A DNA stretch of 64,000 nucleotides from assembly GCA_963814585.1 (NCBI GenBank), contig CAWFDF010000004.1, forward strand, positions 64,001 to 128,000, given 5' to 3'. This DNA is from an uncultured delta proteobacterium. Its GTDB lineage: Bacteria > Myxococcota > Myxococcia > Myxococcales > Anaeromyxobacteraceae. Made by a program: the position numbers and the translations under genes. Shown one piece after another: positions 33,830-44,730 of the stretch (its first letter is position 1; each line of letters opens with the position of its first letter). Under the pieces are notes generated by a model. The model saw only the letters and a list, made by a program, of their open reading frames with translations, did not search any database and was not told the DNA's origin.

Positions 33830-35127
33830 TGGTGATCACCTCGAGGCAGCGCGGGGGTGCCGGGCGCCGGGAGCGTGGGGCCGCCTTGCTGGTGGTGATG
33901 GTGACCGTGGCGCTGGTGACGGCGCTCGCCATGGACCTCGCCTACCAGGCGCGGGTCGGGCTCCAGATCGCCGCCAACGGCCGGGACGAGCTGGTGGCGC
34001 TGGCGCAGGCGCGCGGGGCGGTCGGCCTCTCCCGCCTGGTGCTTCACTTCCAGTCACAGCTCGACGCCCAGGCCTCGTCGGCGGCCGGGGTGGCGGGCCA
34101 GCTCGGAGGCGCGGCGGGCGCGGCCGGAGGCGCCATGCCGCGCATCCAGGTCTGGAAGCTGGTGCCCATCGACTCGGCGCTGGTTTCCAACCTCTTCCCC
34201 GGCGGCACCCGGGACGCCGGCGCCGGCCAGGGCTCCGGCCCCGGGACCGGCGACGAGGTGGCGGCGGGCCGCGCCGCGGCGGGGTCCTCGACGGGGCGGT
34301 TCTCGGCGACCATCGACGACGAGGACCGCAAGGTGAACGTCCAGCTCGACGCCCTCGCCCAGGGCGGGCTGCTCGGTGCCCAGCTCGCCAGCTTCATGGC
34401 GCTGGTGGCCGATCGCCGCTGGGATCCGCTCTTCGAGCGCGAGGACGCCAACGGGGTCAAGCTGAGCCGCACCGAGCTGGCCGCGGCGCTCAAGGACTGG
34501 GTGGACGACGACCAGCAGCAGTCTGCGATCACCACGGTCGCCGATCGCCCGTTCGAGAACGGCTTCGGCGACGAGAACTACCTCTACGATCGAGGCCCGG
34601 ACCGCTACAAGGCCAAGAACGCCCGCTTCGACTCCCTCGCCGAGCTCTTCATGGTGGCCGGCTTCTCCGACCTTCACATGGCCGCGTTCGGCGAGCGGCT
34701 CACCATCTACCCGGCGCGCGGCTCGCAGATGAACGTCAACGCCGAGGACGGGGTCGAGCTGCTCCGGAATGCCCGCATCATGGCCGACCCTCCGGCGCAG
34801 CCCATCTTCTCCGATCCGACCTTCCCCGACCGCCTGCTCGAGGCGGTGAAGCTGGTCCGGATGGGCGGGTTCCTCACCATGTCCCCGCAGCAGTTCGCGG
34901 CGGCGCTGGAGGCGCTCGGCGTGGGCGTCCATGCCGACTACACGCTGCAGCGGAACACCGACCGGCGCGGAGCCTTCACCGACCGCTCCTACGTCTTCCG
35001 CATCCGCGGGCAGGGGCGCGCCGGACAGGTCGTCAAGAACATCGAGGCGGTGGTGAGCTTCGAGCCCAGCCAGGCCGGCGCAGACTCCGCCTTCCTGGGG
35101 CGGCCGGTCCACTGGAGCGAGGAGTAG
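33829..35127 (+). CDS. gspK: Minor pseudopilin GspK
   Basis: RG|AALLVVM, DEDRKVNV, LKDWVDDD, KNARFDSLAEL. Confidence 0.85.
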   Translation: MVITSRQRGGAGRRERGAALLVVMVTVALVTALAMDLAYQARVGLQIAANGRDELVALAQARGAVGLSRLVLHFQSQLDAQASSAAGVAGQLGGAAGAAGGAMPRIQVWKLVPIDSALVSNLFPGGTRDAGAGQGSGPGTGDEVAAGRAAAGSSTGRFSATIDDEDRKVNVQLDALAQGGLLGAQLASFMALVADRRWDPLFEREDANGVKLSRTELAAALKDWVDDDQQQSAITTVADRPFENGFGDENYLYDRGPDRYKAKNARFDSLAELFMVAGFSDLHMAAFGERLTIYPARGSQMNVNAEDGVELLRNARIMADPPAQPIFSDPTFPDRLLEAVKLVRMGGFLTMSPQQFAAALEALGVGVHADYTLQRNTDRRGAFTDRSYVFRIRGQGRAGQVVKNIEAVVSFEPSQAGADSAFLGRPVHWSEE

Positions 35128-35130
35128 ATC

Positions 35131-36744
35131 ATGGCGCAGACCATGCTGGGGCTGGATCTGGGGGCCCGTGGGGTCAAGGCGGTGCTGCTGGAGAGCAGCT
35201 ACCGAGGGTTCACCGTGCTCGGGCACGCCGTGGTGCCGCTGGGACCGGCGGCCGACGGCGAGCCCGCCTGGGCCCGGTACGCCGAGGCGCTGGCCAGGCT
35301 CCTCACCGAGCAGGGCTGGCACCCCGATGGCTGCGTGGCGACCGTCCCGGGCGCCACCCTGGCGTCGCACGTCATCACCCTCCCCTTCACCGATCCCCGC
35401 CGCATCGCGCAGACGCTGGCCTTCGAGGTCGAGGCGCAGATCCCGTGGGAGCTGGACGAGGCCGCCTGGGACTGGGAGTCGCTCGGGGTCCGCGGCACCT
35501 CCACCGATCTCTGGGTCGGCGTCGGGCCGAGGACCGAGCTGACCGGGCTGCTGGCCACGCTGGCTGGCGCCGGCCTCGACCCCAGCGTGGTGGCGCCTCC
35601 GGCCGCGGTGCTCTCGTCGCTCTTCGCCCCCGGGGTGCTGGCGGGAGAGCCGGCCCCGGCCGGCGCTCCACCGGCCTGCGAGGCGATCCTCGACCTGGGC
35701 GAGAGCCGGACGCAGGTCTGCGTCACCGTGGGTGGCGCGCTGGTGGCGGCCAGGACGGTGCCGTCCGGCGCCGCCACCGTGACCCGCGCGCTGGCCCGCG
35801 ATCTCGGGATCTCGGAGGCGGAGGCCTCGCTCCTGCTCTCGGCGGAGCCCGACGGTGAGCCGCTGCCCGACATGCTGGCCGCCCTGTCCGTCGAGCCGCG
35901 CGTCGAGGAGGCGCTGACCCGCGCGCTGGTGCCGCTGGTCCGTGAGCTGCGGTCCACGCTCCGCGCCTGGCGAGCGCGGGTGGGTGCCACCCCCGTGACA
36001 CGTCTCTGGCTGGCCGGCGGGCTGGGACGGCGCCCCGGGCTGGCCAATCGGCTGGCGGCCGAGGTGGAGGGGCCGGTGCTGCCGCTGGCGCTGTCGGGGC
36101 AGGCCGCCACGATCCCGGCGGCCCAGGCCGGGTCGCTGGCGCTCGCCCTGGCGGCGGCCCTGCGCGGCCACCTCGGCGCCCGCGCCGGGCGGGTCAACCT
36201 GCGGCGCGGCGATCTCGCCTTCACGCGCGACTTCGAGCACCTCAAGGGCAAGGTGCTGCGCCTGGCCGTGGCGGCGGGCGCCATCCTGCTGCTGGCCGTG
36301 GCCTCACAGGTCGTGAAGATCTACGCGCTGTCCCGCCAGGAGCGAGCCGTCGATCGGGCGCTCTGTGACGCCGAGGAGAAGGTGCTGAAGAAGTGCTTCC
36401 CCAACTACGAGGAGGCCCTCTCGGCCCTGCGTGGCCGGGGCGTTCCCGGGGCGGCCATCCCCAAGACCTCCGCGGTGGACGTGATCGACGACCTCTCCCA
36501 CCGGCTCCCCGAGGGCGTGCCGCTCAAGCTGGAGAAGATCGACATCACCGACCGCAAGCTCCACGTCCAGGGGATCGCCGATGCCGCCGAGCACGTCGAT
36601 CGGCTGGTGGCGTCGCTGCACGGGTCCAGGTGCTTCGCCGACGCCCGATCCGGGGGCGCGCGCAAGCGCACCTCCGACGGGAAGTTCGAGTTCTCCATCG
36701 ACTCGGCGCTCGGCTGTGCCGAGGGCCTCCCGGGAGGAGAGTGA
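35131..36744 (+). CDS. gspL: GspL (PilM/actin-like cytoplasmic domain + TM)
   Basis: MLGLDLGARGVKAV, ILDLG, VNLRRG before the TM; operon position. Confidence 0.8.
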   Translation: MAQTMLGLDLGARGVKAVLLESSYRGFTVLGHAVVPLGPAADGEPAWARYAEALARLLTEQGWHPDGCVATVPGATLASHVITLPFTDPRRIAQTLAFEVEAQIPWELDEAAWDWESLGVRGTSTDLWVGVGPRTELTGLLATLAGAGLDPSVVAPPAAVLSSLFAPGVLAGEPAPAGAPPACEAILDLGESRTQVCVTVGGALVAARTVPSGAATVTRALARDLGISEAEASLLLSAEPDGEPLPDMLAALSVEPRVEEALTRALVPLVRELRSTLRAWRARVGATPVTRLWLAGGLGRRPGLANRLAAEVEGPVLPLALSGQAATIPAAQAGSLALALAAALRGHLGARAGRVNLRRGDLAFTRDFEHLKGKVLRLAVAAGAILLLAVASQVVKIYALSRQERAVDRALCDAEEKVLKKCFPNYEEALSALRGRGVPGAAIPKTSAVDVIDDLSHRLPEGVPLKLEKIDITDRKLHVQGIADAAEHVDRLVASLHGSRCFADARSGGARKRTSDGKFEFSIDSALGCAEGLPGGE

Positions 36745-36746
36745 GC

Positions 36747-37304
36747 ATGGAACGGCTCAAGCAGCTCCGCGCCGACCTCGAGGCCAGGCTCACGCGCCTG
36801 TCGCCCCGGGAGCGGGTGCTGGTGGGTGCCGCCGCGGCAGCGGTCGTCCTCTTCTTCGGATCGCTGGCGGCCGCCGGGATGGGCGCCTCGGTGCGGGCGC
36901 GCGAGGCGCGCATCGTCGAGAAGACCAAGGTGCTGGGCCAGGTCGGCCAGCTGGCCGGTGGGTACCGTCGCGTGCAGCTGGAACGGGCCGCGCTGGAGGC
37001 CCGGCTCAAGGGCCAGCCGGTCCAGCTGATGAGCCACGTGTCCCAGGTGGGCGCCGGCCTGGGCGTCGAGGTCACCGACCTGCGCCCCACCGGGGCGCCC
37101 GCGGAGGTCGATGGCGTGATGGAGGAGAGCGTCGAGGTGAACCTGGTCCGCATCGAGCTCGGCAAGCTGGCGCGCCTGATCCAGGGGCTGGAGCGCGGCC
37201 CTGGGCTGGTGAAGGTGCGCCGGCTCCGCATCGCCACGCGCACCGATGACCCGAAGCTGGTGGACGCCACGGTGGTGGTGGCCACCTACCAGTTGAAGGG
37301 CTGA
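36747..37304 (+). CDS. gspM: Type II secretion protein GspM
   Basis: LSPRERVLV + TM; operon position. Confidence 0.8.
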   Translation: MERLKQLRADLEARLTRLSPRERVLVGAAAAAVVLFFGSLAAAGMGASVRAREARIVEKTKVLGQVGQLAGGYRRVQLERAALEARLKGQPVQLMSHVSQVGAGLGVEVTDLRPTGAPAEVDGVMEESVEVNLVRIELGKLARLIQGLERGPGLVKVRRLRIATRTDDPKLVDATVVVATYQLKG

Positions 37305-37312
37305 CCCCGGGG

Positions 37313-38251
37313 ATGCGCGCGATGAAGATCGAGTGGAGTGCCTGGAAGCCCCGCCTGCTCTACGGCGCGTTCTTCCTGGTGGCGTTGCTGCTGGCGCTGC
37401 GATGGACCTTTCCGTCCGACGCGCTGCTGGACCGGCTCTCCGCCGAGGCGGGCGCTCGAGGCTGGCAGCTGCAGGCGGGCGAGACCGGCGCGGCCGGGCT
37501 CATCGGGATCTCGCTGCGGGACGTGACCCTCAAGGACAAGGCCGGGCTCACCATCCCGATCGATCGGATCGACCTGACGCTGCCGCTCTGGCCGCTCCTG
37601 ACCGGGAAGCGGCGGGTCGAGGTGGACGCGTGGCTCTACGACGGGCGGGGCCGCGGCGCGCTCGACCTCGCCGCCGGCCCGCAGGCGTACCGGGCCGAGC
37701 TGGACGGGATCGACCTGGCCCGGGTGCTGCCGCTGCGGATGGCCTCGGGGGTGGACCTGACCGGCGTGGCCTCGGGGACGGCGCAGCTGCTCGTGCCGGC
37801 CGACGAGAAGGCCAGGCCGGAGGGGCGGCTGGTGCTGTCCGTGAAGGAGGCGGGACTCTCGGGCGGGAAGCTCAACCTGCCGGGTGTGGGGATGCTGACG
37901 CTGCCGGCGGCCAGGTTCGGTGAGCTGGCGGTCGAGCTGGTGCTCAAGGACGGCAAGGGCTCGTTCGAGAAGATCGGGGCGACCGGTGGCGACGTCGAGC
38001 TGGCCGGCGAGGGGATCTACTTCGCGTGGCAGCCGCGGCTCGAGTTCGCGCCGCTGTTCGGGAAGGCCCGGCTCAAGGTGTCGCCGGCGTTCTCGTCGAA
38101 GCCGGAGAACCGCGCCTTTTCCTCGCTGCTCGACGCCTCGCTGGCCGGGGCGCGCAGCGGCGAGGGGACGTACGGGCTCCAGGTGTTCGGCAGCCTGGGG
38201 CATCCACAGGTCAGGGCAGCGGCGGCAGCGCCCCCCCCCGACCCAGAGTAG
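37313..38251 (+). CDS. gspN: Type II secretion protein GspN
   Basis: N-terminal TM ending WTFP, beta-rich body; last gene of the cluster. Confidence 0.72.
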   Translation: MRAMKIEWSAWKPRLLYGAFFLVALLLALRWTFPSDALLDRLSAEAGARGWQLQAGETGAAGLIGISLRDVTLKDKAGLTIPIDRIDLTLPLWPLLTGKRRVEVDAWLYDGRGRGALDLAAGPQAYRAELDGIDLARVLPLRMASGVDLTGVASGTAQLLVPADEKARPEGRLVLSVKEAGLSGGKLNLPGVGMLTLPAARFGELAVELVLKDGKGSFEKIGATGGDVELAGEGIYFAWQPRLEFAPLFGKARLKVSPAFSSKPENRAFSSLLDASLAGARSGEGTYGLQVFGSLGHPQVRAAAAAPPPDPE

Positions 38252-38302
38252 TTTGGCGGACCAGGGGACGGGAGGAGACCGGACCGCGGACCGTGAATCG
38301 CG

Positions 38303-40795
38303 TCAACTGTCCGATCCCTCCGAGACACGGAACCGCCCGACTCGCTCTGCCAGGTCCTTCGCCCGCGCCCCCATCCGATCGGCGACCCCGGTCAGCCCTT
38401 CCACCGCCTGCTCGTGATCGCCCGCCGTACCCGAGAGGTCGCCGAGGGCCTCCCGCACCTTCCGCGTCGCGTGGTTGTGCGCCTCGACGGCCCTCGTGAT
38501 GTCGCTGATCATGCGCTCCAGCCGGGCCAGGTTGTCCATCTGCCGGCGCCCCTGCCCGACCTGCTCCTCCAGCGCCTGCGCCACCTGCTCCGCCAGCGCG
38601 TTGACGCTCCGTGACACGGATCCGACCGCCGCCACGCTCCGCCCCACCAGCTGCACCGCTCCGGTGACCGCCCGGGACCCGCTCGCCACCGACTCGACCA
38701 GGTCCGAAAGGTCGCGGGAGGACCCGGAGTGCACCTCCACCGCCGCCCGGATCTCGCCCGCGGCCTGTGTCCCCAGCGCCGTGGTCCGCTGGATCTGCCC
38801 GAGCGCCTCCAGCGAGTTTCGCGCCAGCTGCACCCCCTCCACCGCCAGCGCGTCGCCGCGATCGATGAGCGCCGCCGTCGCCTCGACGTCCTCGCGCACG
38901 GCGTTGATGATGTCGCCGATCGACTTGGTGGAGCGGGCGATCTGCGCCGCCAGTTCGCGGATCTGATCGGCCACCACCGCGAAGGCCTTGCCGTGCTCCC
39001 CGGCCTGCGACGCGATGATCGAGGCGTTGAGGGAGAGCAGGTTGGTCCGGCCGGCCACCTCGGAGATGAAGTCCACCACCTGGTCGATGTCGTCGGACCG
39101 CCGCCCCAGGGCCGCGATCCGGACATGGGCGTCCGACACCGCCGCCCGCAGCGTCTCGATGCCGTGCACCGTCTCCTCCACCACCCCGCCCGACCGCTCC
39201 GCCATCTCGGCCACCAGTCCGGCGTTGCTCTGGCTCTCCGCGGCGGCCCGCTCCAGCGCCGCCATCGAGGCCTTCACCGCCGCCAGCGTCCCCGTGGCGC
39301 GGCTGGCCAGCGTCTCCAGCTCTCCCAGCGTCGCCTCGGCCTCCCGCCCGGCGCCGGCCAGGTGGTCGACGTCCTCCAGCGCCGTGTCCATGGTCCGGTC
39401 CAGCTCCGCCCCCTTTCGCCTCACCTCCTCGAGCGCCGCGGCCATCTCCCCGACCGCCATGGTGGTGGCCGACACGTACTCGGAGAGGGAGCCGACGCCG
39501 CGAGACACCTGCGCCACCGAGCCCTCCATGGCCTCGACCGCGCCCTGCACGGCCACCACGCCACCGTGCTGTCCCAGCGCCCCGTGGCGAACCCGCTCGC
39601 CGATGGCGCTGGCCTCGCGGGCGCCCTGGGAGACGCCCTGGCTGGCGGCCTGCACGTCGACCACCAGCACCTTCAGTCCCTCGGCCATGCGCCGGAAGTC
39701 GTTGGCGAGCAGCCCGACCTCGTCGCGTGACGTGGCCGAGGGCGAGGCGGTGAGGTCTCCCGCGGCAATCCGCCCCGCGGCCCGGCCCAGCGCCCGGAGC
39801 GGGTTGGTGATGGAGCGGGCGGCCAGGAAGGCCATGAGCGCGGTCGCCAGGTAGACGATGAGGCTGGTGGACGCGAGCGACGCCCAGTAGGCCTGCCGGC
39901 GCTCCCGCAGCGGCGCGTCCGAGAGCCAGCTCACCAGCAGCCCGCCCGCGGGAGCCCGCGACGCCACCAACCAGCCGTCCACGAGCCGGACCGTCCCGGG
40001 CGAGCTCCCGGCCCGCGCGAAGGGGGCGTCGCCGGCGCCGATGCGCGCCTCGACGGTCCCTCCCGCGCCCACCAGCGCGGCCGGTGCCGCCGTGACCGAC
40101 CAGACCTGCTCCACCACCGCGCTCCCCGAGCGCCCGGCCTGGAGCCGCAAGGCGCCCTGCTGCGCCCGCTTCGCCGCCGCGACGTATTCCTGGTCGATGT
40201 CGACGCGGTAGTTGACGTACCCGGTCGCGGCGAAGAGCAGCAGGCCGACGGTGTTGAGCCCGAAGCAGACCAGCAGGATCTTCCCCCGCACCGTGCCTCG
40301 CAGCCCGCCCTCCGCGCGCGGACCGAGCCGCTCCAGCGCCGCGCCCACCGCCGAGGCGCTGAGCGCGTAGACCGCCATGGCGCCGAGGATGGCCGTGGCC
40401 ACGCCGACCCCGGCCTGGGCCACGGCCAGGTCGCCAGGCAGCCCGGCCCGGCGCAACGCCACCACGCTCGCGCCGGCCACCAGGGTCCCCGCCACGCTGG
40501 CCGTCAGCGCTGCCGCCGCCGGGACGAGGTGGGTGGCGGTCGCCAGCGTGCCGGACCCGGCTGCGGTCGACGTGGCCAGGGTCGACAGCGCCTGCCGCAG
40601 CGGGCGGGTCAGCGCGCCCAGCGCCAGGCCGACCAGCCCCAGCTCGACGGCCCATCCGAGGACGAAGGCGGTCCCGAGCACCTGGACCTGGTCCGAGGTG
40701 AGCTGCAGCGACGAGGTCCCCAGCCACCAGTCGAGGAGGGCGGCGAGCGCCAGCGCGAGGGCGACGTTGCGGAGCAGCGGGCCGAGGAGGCGCAT
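38303..40795 (-). CDS. Methyl-accepting chemotaxis protein (multi-TM N-terminus, HAMP, long signalling domain)
   Basis: HAMP (ITNPLRAL...DEVGLLANDFRRM); hairpin TNLLSLNASIIASQAGEHGKAFAVVADQIRELA. Confidence 0.9.
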   Translation of the reverse strand: MRLLGPLLRNVALALALAALLDWWLGTSSLQLTSDQVQVLGTAFVLGWAVELGLVGLALGALTRPLRQALSTLATSTAAGSGTLATATHLVPAAAALTASVAGTLVAGASVVALRRAGLPGDLAVAQAGVGVATAILGAMAVYALSASAVGAALERLGPRAEGGLRGTVRGKILLVCFGLNTVGLLLFAATGYVNYRVDIDQEYVAAAKRAQQGALRLQAGRSGSAVVEQVWSVTAAPAALVGAGGTVEARIGAGDAPFARAGSSPGTVRLVDGWLVASRAPAGGLLVSWLSDAPLRERRQAYWASLASTSLIVYLATALMAFLAARSITNPLRALGRAAGRIAAGDLTASPSATSRDEVGLLANDFRRMAEGLKVLVVDVQAASQGVSQGAREASAIGERVRHGALGQHGGVVAVQGAVEAMEGSVAQVSRGVGSLSEYVSATTMAVGEMAAALEEVRRKGAELDRTMDTALEDVDHLAGAGREAEATLGELETLASRATGTLAAVKASMAALERAAAESQSNAGLVAEMAERSGGVVEETVHGIETLRAAVSDAHVRIAALGRRSDDIDQVVDFISEVAGRTNLLSLNASIIASQAGEHGKAFAVVADQIRELAAQIARSTKSIGDIINAVREDVEATAALIDRGDALAVEGVQLARNSLEALGQIQRTTALGTQAAGEIRAAVEVHSGSSRDLSDLVESVASGSRAVTGAVQLVGRSVAAVGSVSRSVNALAEQVAQALEEQVGQGRRQMDNLARLERMISDITRAVEAHNHATRKVREALGDLSGTAGDHEQAVEGLTGVADRMGARAKDLAERVGRFRVSEGSDS

Positions 40796-41004
40796 CGGCG
40801 ACGAGTGTAGTCGTTGCCGGGCCTGCTGGGAAAAGGGGGGCGCCCCCGGCGCCGTGGCGATACATGGCGTGTCACGTAACGCGCCGGAACGATGGGCGAA
40901 TTCGCGGACCTTCGCCGGCGCCGACCGTCGATGTCATGGGAATCCCCAGCGTGATCAACGGCTTGTATTGAAACGCGGTGGGGGGCGTGATATCGCCGTG
41001 AGCC

Positions 41005-44000
41005 ATGAGAATCAGGCGGCTCGACGTGGTCGGCTTCAAGTCGTTCATGGACCGGACGGTGGTCGTCTTCGACGACGGCGTCACCGGGGTGGTCGGTCCG
41101 AATGGCTGCGGCAAGTCGAACGTCGCCGACGCCATCCGCTGGGTCCTCGGAGAGCAGTCGGCCCGGCAGCTGCGCGGCCGCTCGATGGAGGACGTGATCT
41201 TCAACGGCTCCGAGACCAAGCCGCCGCTGTCGATGGCCGAGGTCGTCCTGACCTTCATCAACGATCGCCCCTCCGAGCTCCCGGCCCAGTACCAGGGCTT
41301 CGGCGAGCTCACGGTGGGGCGCCGCCTCTACCGGAGCGGGGAGTCCGAGTACCTCGTCAACGGCGTCACGGCCCGGCTCCTCGACGTCAACGACATCTTC
41401 TTCGGCTCGGGCATCGGGCGCACCGCCTACTCCATCGTCGAGCAGGGACGCATCGGCCAGATCGTCTCCGCCCGTCCCGAGGACCGGCGCGCCATCATCG
41501 AGGAGGCCGCCGGCATCACCAAGTACAAGAAGCGGCGCGAGGCGGCCGAGCGGAAGATGGAGGCCACCCAGCAGAACCTCACCCGCGTCGCCGACCTGGT
41601 GCAGGAGCTGGGCAAGCAGCTGGAGAGCCTCAACCGGCAAGCCCGCCGGGCCGAGAGGTACAAGGCGCTCAAGGGCCAGATCCGCGAGCTGGAGCTGGCC
41701 GCCGCCGCCGCCCGCTACCTCGAGCTGACCGCCACGCGACGCGCCGCCGAGGAGCGCCACGCCACGGCCAGGACGGAGGAGGCGGTGCTGGCAGCCCGCC
41801 TCGTCGAGCTGGAGGCGGCCACCGAGCACGACCGCCTTCGCCTCTCCGAGAGCGAGGTCAGGCTCAACGACCTGACCGGGCGGGAGCACGAGCTCTCCAG
41901 CGCGGCGCGCGTCTCCGAGGTCTCGGTGGAGGCCGCCAGCCGGGAGCTCGAGCAGATCGGGGAGCGGACTCAGGAGCAGGCCGCCGAGGTCGAGGCCCTC
42001 AAGGCCCAGGCCGAGGGGCTGGCCGGCGAGCGCGAGGCGCTGCTGCGGCAGCGCGACGACCTCACCTCGCTCTCCAGCGCCGACGACGCCCGGCTCGGCG
42101 AGGCCGAGGTCGCCGTCCGGGAGCTCGGTCGCGATCAGGGACGGGCCCAGGGCGAGGTGGACGGCGCCCGCGCCGACGCCGCCGCCGCGCTCAACCTCGC
42201 CACCGGCCACCGGAGCCAGCTGGCCCAGATCGAGCGGCAGCGGCTCGACCTGAAGGCCCGCCACGAGCGCAACCGAGGCGAGGCCGGCGACCTCGCCGAC
42301 CGGACCACCCGCCTCGACGGCTCCCGCTCGCAGTACGCCGAGAAGCTCGGCCAGACGCGGCAGCTCAAGCTGCGGCTCGAGGAGCAGCGCGGCGCGCAGG
42401 AGGAGCTGCTGGAGCGGACCCGCTCCGAGTTCATCCAGAACGAGGCCAAGCTCATCACGCTGCGCGAGGAGCTGCAGGACAAGCGCTCGCGCCTGCAGAC
42501 CCTGGTCGAGGTGCTCCGCAACTACGAGGGGTACGGCCGCGGCGTCCGCTCCATCATGACCCGCGCCGGGCAGGGCGAGGGGCGCGATCGCGGCATCTTC
42601 GGGCTGGTGGCGGACGTGGTCTCGGCCTCCCCCGAGTTCGAGAACGCCGTCGAGGCGGTGCTCGGCGAGCGGCTGCAGTACGTCATCGTCGAGAGCCACA
42701 CCCAGGGCGTCGAGGCCATCGACTACCTGAAGACCGCCGCCGAAGGGCGCGCCTCGCTCATCCCCATGGCGCGGCTCCAGGACGCCTCGTCGTGGCTGCC
42801 CGAGACGGCCCGCCACCCGGGCGTGGTCGCCAGTGCCATCGACGTGGTCCGGTACGAGCCCTCCTACGACAAGGTGGTCCGCTTCCTCCTCGGCGACGCG
42901 CTCATCGTTCGCGACCTGCCCTCGGCGCTGGAGCTCTGGCAGGCCTCGGATCCCAAGCGCACGCTGGTCACGCTCGACGGCGAGGTCCTCGACCCGTCCG
43001 GCGTGGTCACCGGCGGGCCGCTCGAGGGCGAGGGACACGGCGCGCTGCAGCGCCGCCGTGAGGTCCAGGAGCTGGAGGAGACGGTCCGCGCCTTCGAGGC
43101 CGAGTTCGCCCTGGCGCAGGAGCGCCACCGCACCCTGCAGACGCGCCTGCTGCAGCTGGAGGCGGCCCTCAAGACGCTCGACAAGGACGGCCGCGACAAG
43201 GAGCTGGCCCTCCTCGACCAGGAGAAGGACCTGGCCCGGCTCGGCGAGGAGCTGGAGCGGGTGGCGCAGCGGATGGGCCAGCTCGAGCTGGAGCGGACGC
43301 AGCTGGAAGGCGGGCTCTCCTCGCTGGCCCGCGAGGAGGAGGAGCACCGGCTGGCCGCCGCCACCGCCGAGGCCGAGGTCTCGCGCTGCGAGGAGCGAGC
43401 CCGCGCCGCGATGGAGCGGCTCGACGGACTGCGCGGCCGCGCCGACCAGGTCACGGCCGAGGTGCTCAACCTGAAGGTGAAGGTGGCCGCCGACTCCGAG
43501 CGGCGCGAGTCGATCGGCGGGGCGCTCCGGCGCATCGACGACGCCAGGCACGAGGTGGAGGACCGCCGGGCTCGCCTCTTCGCCACCCTCTCCGAGCAGA
43601 ACGCCCGGGCCGCCGAGCTGCGCGGCCGCGTCGAGGGGACCCGGGTCGACCTCGGCCGGCTCGCCGCCGACCTGTCGCTGGTGCAGGCCCAGCTCGGCGA
43701 CGCCAGGATCGTCCACGAGGGGCTGCAGATCGGCGGCCGGGCCCGCGAGGCCGAGGTTCGCGACCTGCGCGCCCGCGTCGAGGGCCTGCGCACCGAGATC
43801 TCCGCCTCGGCGCTGACCGCCCGCGAGCAGGCCCTGGAGCTCGCCCACCTCGAGGCGCAGACGCGCGAGCGCTGCCAGGCCGAGCTCAAGCACGAGCTGG
43901 CCCGCTTCCACCTGGAGAGGCCGCCCGGCCAGGTGGAGCACGATCGGCTGGAGGAGCTGAAGGCGCAGGCCGAGCGGATGGGAGCCATCAACCTCACCGC

Positions 44001-44601
44001 CATCGAGGAGTACGACGAGCTGGCGCAGCGCCACACCTTCATGACCACGCAGAAGGCCGACCTCGAGGCCTCCCTGCTGGACCTCAAGGCCGCCATCGTC
44101 AAGATCAACCGGGCCAGCCGGGAGCGGTTCCAGGAGACCTTCGACCGGGTCAACGAGAAGTTCCAGCAGGTCTTCCCCCGCCTCTTCAGCGGTGGCCGCG
44201 CCGGCCTGGTCCTGACGCAGGACGAGGGCAGCGACGGCGAGGCCGGCGTGGAGATCTTCTCCCAGCCGCCCGGCAAGAAGCTCCAGAGCGTCAACCTGCT
44301 CTCCGGCGGCGAGAAGGCGCTCACCGCGGTGGCCCTCATCTTCGCCATCTTCCTCATCAAGCCGACGCCGTTCTGCCTGCTCGACGAGGTCGACGCGCCG
44401 CTCGACGACGCCAACGTCGGCCGGTACAACGACATGGTCCGGGAGATGTCCACGACCTCCCAGTTCATCCTCATCACCCACAACAAGCGGACCATGGAGA
44501 TGGTCGACACGCTCTACGGCGTCACCATGGAGGAGCCGGGCGTGTCCAAGCTGGTGTCGGTGCGCCTCTCCGACCGGGCCCGCGAGTCGAGCGCGGCCTA
44601 G
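41005..44601 (+). CDS. smc: Chromosome partition protein Smc
   Basis: GFKSF, GPNGCGKSN, coiled coils, hinge, LSGGEK, LLDEVDAPLD. Confidence 0.97.
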   Translation: MRIRRLDVVGFKSFMDRTVVVFDDGVTGVVGPNGCGKSNVADAIRWVLGEQSARQLRGRSMEDVIFNGSETKPPLSMAEVVLTFINDRPSELPAQYQGFGELTVGRRLYRSGESEYLVNGVTARLLDVNDIFFGSGIGRTAYSIVEQGRIGQIVSARPEDRRAIIEEAAGITKYKKRREAAERKMEATQQNLTRVADLVQELGKQLESLNRQARRAERYKALKGQIRELELAAAAARYLELTATRRAAEERHATARTEEAVLAARLVELEAATEHDRLRLSESEVRLNDLTGREHELSSAARVSEVSVEAASRELEQIGERTQEQAAEVEALKAQAEGLAGEREALLRQRDDLTSLSSADDARLGEAEVAVRELGRDQGRAQGEVDGARADAAAALNLATGHRSQLAQIERQRLDLKARHERNRGEAGDLADRTTRLDGSRSQYAEKLGQTRQLKLRLEEQRGAQEELLERTRSEFIQNEAKLITLREELQDKRSRLQTLVEVLRNYEGYGRGVRSIMTRAGQGEGRDRGIFGLVADVVSASPEFENAVEAVLGERLQYVIVESHTQGVEAIDYLKTAAEGRASLIPMARLQDASSWLPETARHPGVVASAIDVVRYEPSYDKVVRFLLGDALIVRDLPSALELWQASDPKRTLVTLDGEVLDPSGVVTGGPLEGEGHGALQRRREVQELEETVRAFEAEFALAQERHRTLQTRLLQLEAALKTLDKDGRDKELALLDQEKDLARLGEELERVAQRMGQLELERTQLEGGLSSLAREEEEHRLAAATAEAEVSRCEERARAAMERLDGLRGRADQVTAEVLNLKVKVAADSERRESIGGALRRIDDARHEVEDRRARLFATLSEQNARAAELRGRVEGTRVDLGRLAADLSLVQAQLGDARIVHEGLQIGGRAREAEVRDLRARVEGLRTEISASALTAREQALELAHLEAQTRERCQAELKHELARFHLERPPGQVEHDRLEELKAQAERMGAINLTAIEEYDELAQRHTFMTTQKADLEASLLDLKAAIVKINRASRERFQETFDRVNEKFQQVFPRLFSGGRAGLVLTQDEGSDGEAGVEIFSQPPGKKLQSVNLLSGGEKALTAVALIFAIFLIKPTPFCLLDEVDAPLDDANVGRYNDMVREMSTTSQFILITHNKRTMEMVDTLYGVTMEEPGVSKLVSVRLSDRARESSAA

Positions 44602-44730
44602 CGGAGCGCCCTCCGGTGCCTCCTCGCCAGCGCCGGGCGGGTCCATGCGCCCTGGGGGCGCGTTGACACTCCCGCGCCGGGGGACCTATATCCTCGCCCG
44701 CTCGAGCCCCTTCCCTCCGGAGCCTGCCCC

